From positions 11,470,001-11,534,000 of the forward strand of contig OU015568.1 in assembly GCA_907165135.1 (NCBI GenBank): a stretch of DNA of 64,000 nucleotides. Direction: 5' to 3'. The number at the start of each line of letters is the position of its first letter. The stretch's first letter is position 1. The notes under the pieces were generated by a model. It made no database searches, was not told where the DNA came from, and worked only from the letters and a program-made list of their open reading frames with translations. The DNA is from Oikopleura dioica (taxonomy: Eukaryota > Animalia > Chordata). Both the position numbers and the translations under genes were made by a program. Positions 12,271 through 22,835 of the stretch are shown piece by piece.

Positions 12271-15200
12271 ATGATTCGACGGGAGTCTATAAAATCGGTT
12301 CGGAGAGGCTCAGTTTTTGTCGATGTCGGTGGAAGTGAAAGAAAATCATCGTTGAATGATGAGGATTCGCTGGATAAGGAGGCGATCGTGCAGACTTTGA
12401 TCTCGAAGGAACAGAAGAGAAGGAATGAGCGAGCGGTGCTCATCGCCCAACTCAGAAAAGAGGAGGAAGAAGTAGAGGGCGAAGAGGGTAAATCGGAGAC
12501 GAAGAAGAGCGATGTCGAAAAAGAAAATATAAAATGCCCATATTTGGATACAATCCACAGAGAAGTCCTTGATTTCGACTTTGAGAAGCTTTGCTCGTAA
12601 GAAAACTTATCATTATTAACCGTTATTATTGTCCCTAGTGTCTCTTTATCGCATAACAACGTCTACTGCTGCCTGGTCTGCTCGAAGTATTTCCAAGGGC
12701 GAGGAAAGGGAACACACGCGTATCTCCATGCTCTTGATTGCAAGCATTATGTCTACCTGAATCTTCACAACGCGAAATTCTACTGTCTGCCAGACAACTA
12801 TGAGATCATCGATCCTTCACTCGACGATATTCTTTACCAATTGAATCCGAATTTTACTCCGGAAGATTTGAAGGAAATCAATTATTATGAAGAGGTAGTT
12901 TACCCTTATTTTTATCTTCCCGTGATTCTTAAAAATGATCGTAGATTGAAGAACGAATGCCACAAAAATTGGCGACAGACGGGTCAAAATACTGGCTTGG
13001 TCTGATAGGAATGAACAACATCAAGCATAACGACTACATAAACGTAGTCATCCAAGGATTGGCTCAAGTTCCTCAGTTCAGAAATCATTTCCTCGTCAGA
13101 ACCTTCGCCGGCAATAAACAAACAAGTGACAGGATCATGCTTCGGCGATTAGGTGAGTGTTAAAGAGATCATTTTTCAATTGGATCGCCTCCGAGAAATG
13201 AATAAATAAATATTTTGCTTCCCAGGGGAGCTGTTGCGAAAGCTGTGGAAGAAGCACCACTATCGGCCGCATATCTCGCCGCACGAGTTCTTACAAAGCG
13301 TGGTGATCGAGTCAAAAGCAGAGTTCGAAATCCCGCGTTTGCCCGGGGGAAGATACGGGCACGGGCAAGAAAGTGAAGATTCCCGAGGGCAAAAGCGGTC
13401 ACGGGCAAAAAAACGAATTTTCCCGCGGGCCAAGCGGGCACGGGCACAATAAAAAATATTCCCGCGGGCAAATTCGGGCACGGGCAAGATGCCCGCGAGC
13501 TTAAGGGTAGAACATGAAATCGGCGCGCGGCGCCTCGCTCGCCCAGCGCCGCGCCGTGCCCTACTTTTCAGAATGCCCTTAAATCGGAACGGATAAAGCT
13601 TTTTCAAAAATTTCTTCGGATTTCAGGTAATCAAAGCTTTTACTTTTCACAGATCAAAAATCAGCAGAATCGTCAAAGAATAAGTCGGAGAAAATGACAC
13701 GAGTTGGTTAAACTCTATCTCCTCTCACAATTCTTATCCGATTTTTTTCAAACTTAGATAGGTCGAAAGTGCTCCGTTTGACCTAAAATTTCGTTGTCTC
13801 AGAATTAATTTTGGAGCTTTATGGAATTTTATATGAGCTTTTGAAATGAGAGCTGCACCGTCGTGAGGCGCGCTGCGTGAGAGAAGAAGCGGCGCGGCGT
13901 GAAAGCACTTGTTTTGAGAAGCCGTGTGGAACTTTAGGAAGCTTCAAAATTAATTCTGAGACTACGAATTTTTAGGTCTAACGGAGCACTTTCGATCTAT
14001 CTAAATTTGAAAAAAATCGGATAAGAATTGCGAGAGGAGATAGAGTTTAACCAACTCATGTCATTTTCTCCGACTAATTCTTTGGCGATTCTGCTGATTT
14101 TTGATCTGTGAAAAGTAAAGGCTTTGATTATCTGAAATCCGAAGAAATTTTTGAAAAAGCTTTATCCGTTCCGATTTTAGGGCATTCTGAAAAGTAGGGC
14201 ACGGCGCGGCGCTGGGCGAGCGAGGCGCCGCGCGCCGATTTCATGTTCTACCCTTAAACGGGCACGGGCAGATTCAATACACCTTATGAAAAAGTGTTTA
14301 AACTATTTAAATAGCGTGGAAATAGACACCAAATACTTGAGGGAGTATATTGAAAACTAATCTGCATACAGAACTGTTATGACGTGCTATTTTTAAGGTT
14401 AACGAAGTTTTCCAGCCCATTTCCGCCTTGTAGACCCCCGAACATTATACCTTTACTAATCAACAGAAAATTTTAAGAACTTTAACGGTTCAAAATTCTA
14501 GAAAACTCCACTTCCGGTCGGTTCTAGAGCCGGAAGTTGACGTAATTTAGGTGTTATGGTGAAGTGTGACCTATCAAATTGATGCTCAGACGATTTCCTA
14601 TCATTTTAGACCAAGAATCAAGACCAACCGCGGTAAACTAAACCGGAAAAAAGTGAAAAAAAAATTCATCACTTTATGCCTTTTTTACATAATTTTAACG
14701 GTTGGTTTGACCAGGTTTGGGACTGTTTCTTCTGAAATATTGATTTTAGTCAGAAGTTCTGAGCATCAATTTGATAGGTCACACTCTACCATTTTAACTA
14801 AATTTCGTCAACTTCCGGCTCTAGAATTGACCGGAAGTAGAGTTCTCTAGAACCGTCAAAGTTTTTGAAATTTTCTGCTGATTCTAAAAAAGTATGGTGT
14901 TCGGGGGTCTATAAGGCGGAAGTGGGCTGGAAAACTTCGTTAACCTTTTTTTTTGGCGAGCCCTAATGTACAATGCACATTGTGCATGCTGCATCCAAGT
15001 CGCCGTTTTCCCAAATCGCCGTTTGCCCAACTTGGAGAAACGGAGATCTTGGGCAAACGGCGATCTGAAAAAAGTTTATATTAATTGATCATTAGACATT
15101 ACAGCCGGAGTCCAAAATAAGGGACTTTTTTCGGTCCCGAATTTTCGAAAAAAAGTCCCTTAAATTGGTTCAATTTAACATTAGAAACATACAAAACGGG

Positions 15201-17336
15201 GCGCAGATTTTCGGCGTTTCGAGCCAAAAAGTCCCTTATCTTGGTGTCCCTTATTTTGGACTCCGGCTGTATTTGGCTTTTTTAATGTCAATCCTGGCTT
15301 CTTCAACGCCAATCATGGCTTCACCAACATCAATCATGTTTTCTCCAATATCATCGACACTATATCAATTATGGCTTCTCCATCGCCAATTCTCGCTTCA
15401 CCGACTTCAAATATGGCTTCTCCAATGTCCATCCCGGGTTCTTCGACGTCAATCCCGATTTCTCCATCGTCGATCCCGACTTCTCCTACGTCGATCCCGG
15501 CTTCATCCATCTCCATCTTGGCTTTTTCAACGCCAATTTTATCTTGAAGAAGCCATGATCGACATTCGAGAAGCGATGATTGACAACTGAGAAGCCGGGA
15601 GTGACGTTTGAGAAGCTTGGATTGAAGTAAGTGACGCCCGGATCAGCATTGAAGAAGCCGGGATTGACGCTGGATTCAAGTTTGAGCCACCAAGATTGAC
15701 GTCTGAAAAGCTTGAATCGAAGTTGTTGAAGCCGGGACTGAAGTTGGTGAAGCCGGGATTGACTGTGGAGAAGCCAATACAACAAAGTTATATGATCAAT
15801 CATCATTAATTCACATCGCCGTTTGCCCAAGTCGCCGTTTGTCCAACTTGGGGAAACGGAGACCATTCGGTCGTAGTTTTTAACTAGATCCTAAAACTTG
15901 CGATTTAAAAATCCGAATTGATTCAGGGTCGTTTTTATTATTTTGAAAAATAGGCTTGAGATTTAGCAGTAGAAAAAAATGTTCCCCCGGGCTGCCCTCG
16001 GGAATATTTCGTGCGGGAACGCGGGCAAACCGCCCGTGCCCGTTTATGCCCGCGGGAATCTTCTCATTCATGCCCGTGCCCGTATCTGCCCGCGGGAAAA
16101 TTTGTTATAGTGCCCGTGCCCGCTTGGCTCGCGGGAAAATTCGTTTTTGTGCCCGTGACCGTTATTGCCCCCGGGAATCTTAAATATTCTGCCCGTGCCC
16201 GCCCGCCCGCCGCCCCCTTGCCCGGGAGCCGCAAAAATTTCGAACTCTGGTCAAAAGGGCGATTCCAATTCACCGAGCGAGGAAATGCTGGAGAATTTCT
16301 CACCTGGTTCCTCAATAGCTTGGATAAAGTCATGAAAAAATATGAGAAGAACAAAGAAAGCTCATTTGTTCGAAGCATTTTCGAAGGTAATCCATTCGCA
16401 GGGCTAAATATATTAAAATTGATGCATTTCAGGCGAAATCGAAGTGACCTCGCGAAGAATTCCTAATCCCGAATTGCCGGAGGAGGAGAAGAAAAAGTTG
16501 CTTCAACTGCCGAAATACAAACTTGAGGGTGTTTCTGAAAGACAGAAATTTATGTTTTTGCTGCTTGATTTGCCCCCAAAGCCGCTTTTTGTCGACCCGC
16601 ACAAGCAAATCCCAATTCCTCAAGTATCTAACTCTTAAATGCTCATTTTCTTACATTTTCTAGGTTCATATTAACACGCTGCTCGAGAAGTTCAACGGAA
16701 ACCAAGAGAAAGAATACAAATTAAAAGGCGAAGAACGACGAGACCCTCTACTCAAGCGCTTCAGAGTCGTCCGGCTCCCAGACGTGCTCATTTTTCAAAT
16801 TCAGCGATTTACGAAAAACAATTTTTCGTGGAGAAAAATCCGACTATTGTGCAATATCCTGTCAGTAGCTTGGATATGGGGCCGTATTGCTTGGGTGAGT
16901 AGTAGATTGTTGTCAATTATCGATAGATCGAACATCCACACGGATTGAAATTGATTTTCACCCGGCTTTTAGAGGATGATGGACAAGAGATTTTTGATTT
17001 GGTGGCGAATATCGTCCACGATGGAGAGCCAAAAGATGGTTCTTACAGAATTCATGTCAATCATAAACTTACAAATATGTGGAAAGAGATTCAGGTAAAA
17101 ATTCTTGCATTTAATCTTTGTCAACTATATTTTAGGATCTTGTTGTAAGCGATGCATTGCCAGAGATGATCCCTCTATCAGAAGCCTTCATTCAAATATG
17201 GGTCCGCCGGCCAAAAGTGAAGGGACTCAAGCGTAAAATGGAAGTTGACGTTCTTGGCCCGCCACCTCCACCTCCACCAAGTGGGAATCCGACGAGCGCG
17301 GAGAATGGAGCGAAAAGTGTCAAACGCAAATACTGA
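12271..17336 (+). CDS. USP39: U4/U6.U5 tri-snRNP-associated protein 2 (USP39/Sad1); exon interrupted by a 2.9-kb nested transposon, plus an apparent 1-nt frameshift near 16825
   Basis: CPYLDTIHREVLDFDFEKLCS, ZnF-UBP (VYCCLVCSKYFQGRG), GLIGMNNIKHNDYINVVIQ, SPHEFLQ, EFLTWFLN, FDLVANIVHDG, LPEMIPLSEAFIQIW. Confidence 0.92.
13505..14253. mobile_element. Foldback MITE with TTAA TSD and GG termini (Kolobok-like), nested in the hAT element
   Basis: TTAA-GGGTAGAACATGAAAT...ATTTCATGTTCTACCC-TTAA; about 320-bp near-perfect arms and a spacer of about 115 bp. Confidence 0.88.
14397..14945. mobile_element. Palindromic MITE (about 190-bp arms), nested
   Basis: GGTTAACGAAGTTTTCCAGCCCA...TGGGCTGGAAAACTTCGTTAACC. 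Left flank TTAA, right flank TTTT (TSD degenerate). Confidence 0.75.
15102..15269. mobile_element. Tc1/mariner-type MITE (168 bp), nested
   Basis: TA-CAGCCGGAGTCCAAAATAAGGGAC...GTCCCTTATTTTGGACTCCGGCTG-TA: 24-bp perfect TIR with TA TSD. Confidence 0.88.
15288..15780. repeat. Inverted pair of degenerate 21-bp minisatellite arrays
   Basis: Units near ATCCCGGCTTCTCCAACGTCA at 15288-15537; the reverse-complement units (TGAAGAAGCCGGGATTGACG) run from about 15545 to 15780. Confidence 0.8.
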
Positions 17337-17537
17337 GCTCGCGATGACGAATTCCCTTCCTCTTTAGACTAATTTTCTTTGGACAACTTGTAAACTGTAA
17401 ACTGCCACGAACCAGAGAAGAGAGAAATGTGTGAAGAAAAACGCCCACCAAAGCTATCTATGTTTGTCTCTTGATTCTCTGGAAAATTGAAATTTTGAAA
17501 ACCTTTCTTTTCTAATACACATTGATCTTCAGAGAAA

Positions 17538-19772
17538 ATGGCCCCGTATGCACAGGGCAACATCGCAGCCGATGATAACATGGTCGGAACAGTCCATGGT
17601 GTCTCCGGACCTGTAGTTATCGCCGATCAAATGGCCGGTGCTGCCATGTATGAGTTGGTCAGAGTTGGGCATGACAAATTAGTCGGCGAGATTATCCGAT
17701 TGGAAGGCAACAAAGCCACCATCCAGGTAGGGGAACGATTTGATCATGTTGTATTTTATCGATTATTCTAGTGCTACGAGGAAACATCGGGTGTGTCTGT
17801 TGGCGATCCAGTCGAGCGAACAGGCTCTCCACTTTCTGTTGAGCTTGGACCGGGTATTCTTGGCTCTATTTTTGATGGAATTCAGGTTCTCTTTCTTTAG
17901 AATTATCTAGTTTTTAATTCTATTCCAGCGCCCCCTCAAAGATATTGAAGATATGACACAGTCCATCTACATTCCCCGCGGTATCACAATCAATGCTCTC
18001 AATCGTGAGACTAAATGGTCCTTCACACCTGCCCCCGGCGTACAGGTCGGATCGAGACTCACTGGTGGTGACATTTATGCAGTTGTAAAAGAAAACTCTC
18101 TGATTGAACATAGGCTCATGGTCGAACCTAAGGTAAAAGTTCTTAATTTCACGATTTCTATCGGTATATAGGCGAAAGGAGAAGTTACCTTTATTGCACC
18201 CGCTGGCAACTACACAAATGATGAAACTGTGTTAAAATTATCATTCAATGGCGAGGAAACTGCCTTTACGATGGTTCAAAAGTGGCCCGTACGAACTCCT
18301 CGACCAGTTTCGGATAAATTGCCCTCAGATCATCCTCTCCTTACTGGCCAACGCGTTCTTGATGCCCTCTTCCCATGTGTCCAAGGTTAGCATTCTAACG
18401 TTAATCACAGAATCAGCTATTTTTCTAGGTGGCACGACTGCAATTCCTGGTGCTTTTGGCTGTGGCAAAACGGTCATCTCGCAGTCTTTGTCCAAGTTTT
18501 CCAATTCTGACATCATCATTTACGTTGGTTGCGGCGAGCGTGGAAACGAGATGGCAGAAGTACTCCGTGATTTCCCTGAGTTAGAAGTCGAAATCGATGG
18601 CCGAAAGGTAATACCAATGGTGCTCGCTTCATATTTTCTCTATATATTCGTTAGGAAACCATCATGAAACGAACCGCTCTTGTTGCAAACACCTCTAACA
18701 TGCCTGTCGCCGCCCGAGAAGCCTCAATCTACACTGGAATCACTTTGTCCGAGTACTTCCGAGATCAGGGCTACAACGTTTCGATGATGGCCGACTCCAC
18801 TTCCCGATGGGCCGAAGCTCTTCGAGAAATCTCCGGCCGATTGGCCGAAATGCCCGCTGATTCTGGTTACCCTGCTTATCTTGGTGCGCGACTTGCCTCC
18901 TTCTACGAGCGCGCTGGAAAGATTGATGCTCTTGGAACTCCCGCCAGGTTAGTTGGATTTGAAATGATGTTTTCTAACGATTGCAATAGACTTGGATCTG
19001 TCTCCATCGTCGGAGCTGTCTCGCCTCCCGGTGGTGATTTCTCTGATCCAGTTACTACTGCCACTCTGGGTATCGTTCAAGTCTTCTGGGGCTTAGATAA
19101 AAAGCTCGCCCAAAGAAAGCACTTCCCATCAGTCAATTGGTCTTCGTCATATTCGAAATACGAGCGCGCCTTGGAGGAATACTACGACAACAACTTCCCT
19201 GAATTCCAGCCCCTGAGAACAAAGTTCAAGGAAATTCTTCAGGAAGAAGAGGATCTTCAAGAAATCGTCCAACTCGTCGGAAAAGGTATTCTTTTCTGGT
19301 TCAAGCGCTTTATATGATTTTAAGGATCGCTCGCTGAAACTGATAAAATTACACTCGAAGTGGCTCGTTTGATTAAAGATGATTTCCTTCAGCAGAACGG
19401 TTATTCCCCTTACGATAGATATTGTCCATTTTATAAAACTGTTGGCATGATGAAGGTATGCATTGTTAATCCCATCAAGCTCTCTCAAATTCTGTAGAAT
19501 ATGATTCACTTCTACGATTTGGCCAGAAATGCTGTTGAAAATACTGCCGAAAGTGAAAATAAAGTCACCTGGAACGTTATCAGAGAGGCCTGTGGTCCTC
19601 TGATGCATAGTTTGTCTTCAATGAAATTCAAAGGTAAACCTATTTATCGCAAGTTCCAGTCGCAATTTTCAATTCAGACCCAGTCGCGGACGGCGAAGCA
19701 GACATCAAAGCTCACTTTGAAAAACTGAACGAAGACCTCTCCACAAAGTTCAACTCACTGATCGATATCTAG
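17538..19772 (+). CDS. ATP6V1A: V-type proton ATPase catalytic subunit A
   Basis: [11 protein letters not shown], Walker [56 protein letters not shown]. Confidence 0.97.
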
Positions 19773-20198
19773 AATATCTAGACTTTCTTTATTCAGAATT
19801 TTCTTCAATCTCTATTCTTTTCATTCAAATTTCTCACCTTTTTGTTCCTTCTTTACTTGAGTCCCGCTGAAAAAATACATGATTTCTATCCGGGTTACAG
19901 CAATAAATAGTTATTAAAGTTATCCTCTAATTTATCAATAAAGAAATATTCTCATCCATGCTATTTCATTTAAAAGTTAAAACTGCATGGAGCAAGAGTG
20001 ACTGCAAAGGAAATACCAAAAAACCCTCCCATATTTAAAATATATTCAACATGTACTGCGTCGTCTTATACCTTAAACTTCTTATGTCCATTATTTATCA
20101 TGCAATAAATTTACACGATTCGAAAAACATTTTTGTCTCCGTTGGAGTTGCAATATGGTTTATAACACGCATGCATATTATCATCTAGAAGTTCTAAG

Positions 20199-21611
20199 AT
20201 GGAGGACGAGGATTTCGAACTATGCGAACTTGTCGAGGAGAATGATGAAGGCGATTTCAAGGCACCACTCCCAGATAATGACGATGCTGCGAGTGATGCC
20301 AGTATGGACTCAGATGGTAAGACAACTCTCGGACTTTGATCATAATCATGACTTCTTTAGAGGGAGAAGACTTCGAAAACGTCCCTCGAAGATTCCGCAC
20401 TGATTCCGAATCTACGACAGATACAGTATCTTCGAGCTACTCAGTAGGATCGAATATTTCTACGGTTTCGCGTTTGTCGATGCTGTCTTCGGGATCAACT
20501 ATCACCAGTGGTGGAATTTTCAAAGAAGATGAAAAGGAACTAGAGCCGAATCCAGAAGGGCCGAAGAGTGGGCCTGACATGAGTAAACTCCGAGATATCA
20601 AACATAAACAGAAACGAACAGACATGTATTTGAATCTATTGCGGCAAAAACGAAGGGTTTGTTGGCTAACATGTTCATCAAGTGTTCATAAAATTATAGC
20701 AAAAAATGAAAGAACGAAAGCAAAGAAAATTGGCTCGACTAGAATCGGGAGAAAAGGCCGAGGAGAAGAAAACGATCGAATCGATGAGAAAGTTTGATGA
20801 AACGACTGTTGAGCCTGATGATGCTGGTAAACTATAATTCTGAGTGCACAGTTTGAATAAGGTTTCAGAGGTTGATTGGGAAGAACAAAACGACGAGCTC
20901 TCGGATTATTTCAATAACGGCACTGTTCCAAAAATCCTCATCATGACTCGCAACGCGCCAAAAGGACCCATGGTCAAAATGTGCCACGAGCTGTTGAAAA
21001 CCATCCCCAACTCTCAGTTCTTCTTCCGTCAGGGCTTTGCTCTCAAAAAGATCATTCCGCAAGCAATCAAAAAGGGCTTCACGGCGATGCTGGTTGTCTC
21101 CGCAGATCGAAAATGGATTCCGAATGATTTAAAAATCATCTATCTCCCTGGAGGTCCGACGGCGCATTTTAAAATGAGCTCGGTGCGGCTTCGTGAAAAG
21201 ACGAAGGGAGGAGACACGCCGACGTCACATTTGCCAGAATTGATTTTGAACAACTTCAAAACGCGATTAGGAAGAAGAATCGGTCGAATGTTCGCAGCTC
21301 TATTCCCGCAAGTGCCTGAGTTTGAAGGCCGCCAAGTTGTCACATTCCACAATCAGCGGGATTACATTTTCTTCAGACAGCACAGATACATATTCAGGTT
21401 CGCTTTTTTGGATTAAAATTATATTTATTGGTTCCATAGGAGCGAGAAGCGAGCGGGACTGAAAGAGCTTGGACCACGATTTACTTTAAAGCTGAGATCG
21501 TTACAAAAAGGCACTTTTGACTCAAAATACGGCGAGTTTGAATACGAACATAGAAGAAAAGAGATGGACACCGAAGGCCATGGTTACTCAAAGAAAAAGT
21601 TTTTCTTGTAA
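20199..21611 (+). CDS. RPF1: Ribosome production factor 1 (Brix domain) with acidic N-terminal region
   Basis: [70 protein letters not shown]. Confidence 0.9.
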
Positions 21612-21662
21612 AATATATCGAAAGAGGTCCATTTCTTTGGAATGAAAAAAGGTTATTTTAGA

Positions 21663-22535
21663 ATGTGCGCGGGTGGTTTTCACTGCTCAAGGCTGAGCCT
21701 GCTCAGTTTGAATGTGCTTTATATGATAATCTCGATCGTGCTGATGTCTCTAGCTGGATATGCTAACCATGTTGGAATAATTACTGCTCCGCCAGTAGTT
21801 GGAGGTACTTGCCTGTTTTGATATATGAAATTTACTGGTTTAGGTATTCTTGCTGTTGGCATCTTCTTATTCCTCGTTTCATTTTTGGGCATATTTGCTA
21901 CAGTGAAACATCATCAAGTTAGGCTAAATTAAAGTTCATTCTCTAGCAATGGGTTTTAGGTCGGATTATTCTTCTATGTTGTCATACTATTCATTCTCTT
22001 TATCGTCGAATTTTCTGTTTCTATCGCCTGTCTGGCCCTTTCTCATACTCAGCAGGTAAAATGCCTATCTTCAAGACAAATATCTTTAATATTTTTTAGT
22101 TAGCTGTAATTGAAAAAGCATGGAATACAGTGCCTGATACGATGAAGCAAGACGCAATGAAGCAACTTGATTGCTGCGGATTTGATCGTTCTGACTACGA
22201 GGCGAAATGGACGGTAATATGAAAGAAGTACTAGAGAGTATTTGACTGCGGAAATTTAGGACGAACCATGGAAATGCGCGGATAATGGAATCAAAGTGCC
22301 AGATTCAGATCCAACAAAAGACTACGCTTTCTGCAAGGATGTGGTAGGAATAAATTGAAGCTCACAGATGCTATTGGATATTTTTCAGATCAACGACAGA
22401 ACAGACGCGGCAGTTGACAACGCTGGCTTTGTCGCTCTCATCTTCTCCTTCACTGAAATGTTCGGAGTGTGGCTAGCGATCCGATATAGAAATCAGCGCA
22501 ATCCCGCTGGACCTAATCCTCGCGCCTTTGAATAA
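21663..22535 (+). CDS. TSPAN13/31: Tetraspanin-13/31-like (small exons, absent from the ORF track)
   Basis: [21 protein letters not shown]..., [37 protein letters not shown] in the large loop, C-terminal RNQRNP. Confidence 0.85.
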
Positions 22536-22835
22536 CTGCTCCTTTTGTCAAAATTGCTTTTGATCACTGCTTATTTCGTCTCGCCAATAATTCAATAATA
22601 AGCTGGCCAAAACTTACAACTGCGGCTGAGAACAATTCTAACAAGTCAATACTTTCTTCATATACTGTGCAAATTTCACTGTGGTATCAGTTATTCCTTT
22701 TTTGATACTTCTTTACCTATCTCTTTACTCCTTTCAACTCCAAAGTACGTATCTGGTGATGTACAGTCCTATCCTATTTTAAATAAATCATTGTTCTAAT
22801 AAGTTGTATTTTTTTTTATAAAATTAATCAAAAGA

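Larger units (their letters stand above)
13319..16249. mobile_element. Non-autonomous hAT-type element (outer shell of a nested complex) inserted in a USP39 exon
   Basis: TIR CAGAGTTCGAAAT...ATTTCGAACTCTG. Perfect 8-bp TSD GTCAAAAG at 13311-13318 and 16250-16257. GC-rich subterminal repeats CCCGCGGG and GCCCGTGCCC, in opposite orientation at the two ends. Confidence 0.92.

Noticed and set aside
15288-15780. CRISPR-like array
   Set aside because: The units are contiguous and degenerate with no unique spacers, the context is eukaryotic, and there are no cas genes.
15165-15866. ORFs 15165-15590, 15334-15516 and 15486-15866 as protein-coding genes
   Set aside because: They are by-products of the 21-bp minisatellite inside a transposon nest; the first also runs across a MITE boundary.
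13169-16378. Arg/Ala/Pro-rich ORFs at 13169-13607 and 15880-16378 as genes or a transposase
   Set aside because: They translate GC-rich subterminal repeats and have no DDE/hAT dimerisation motifs. No autonomous transposase was seen anywhere in the window.
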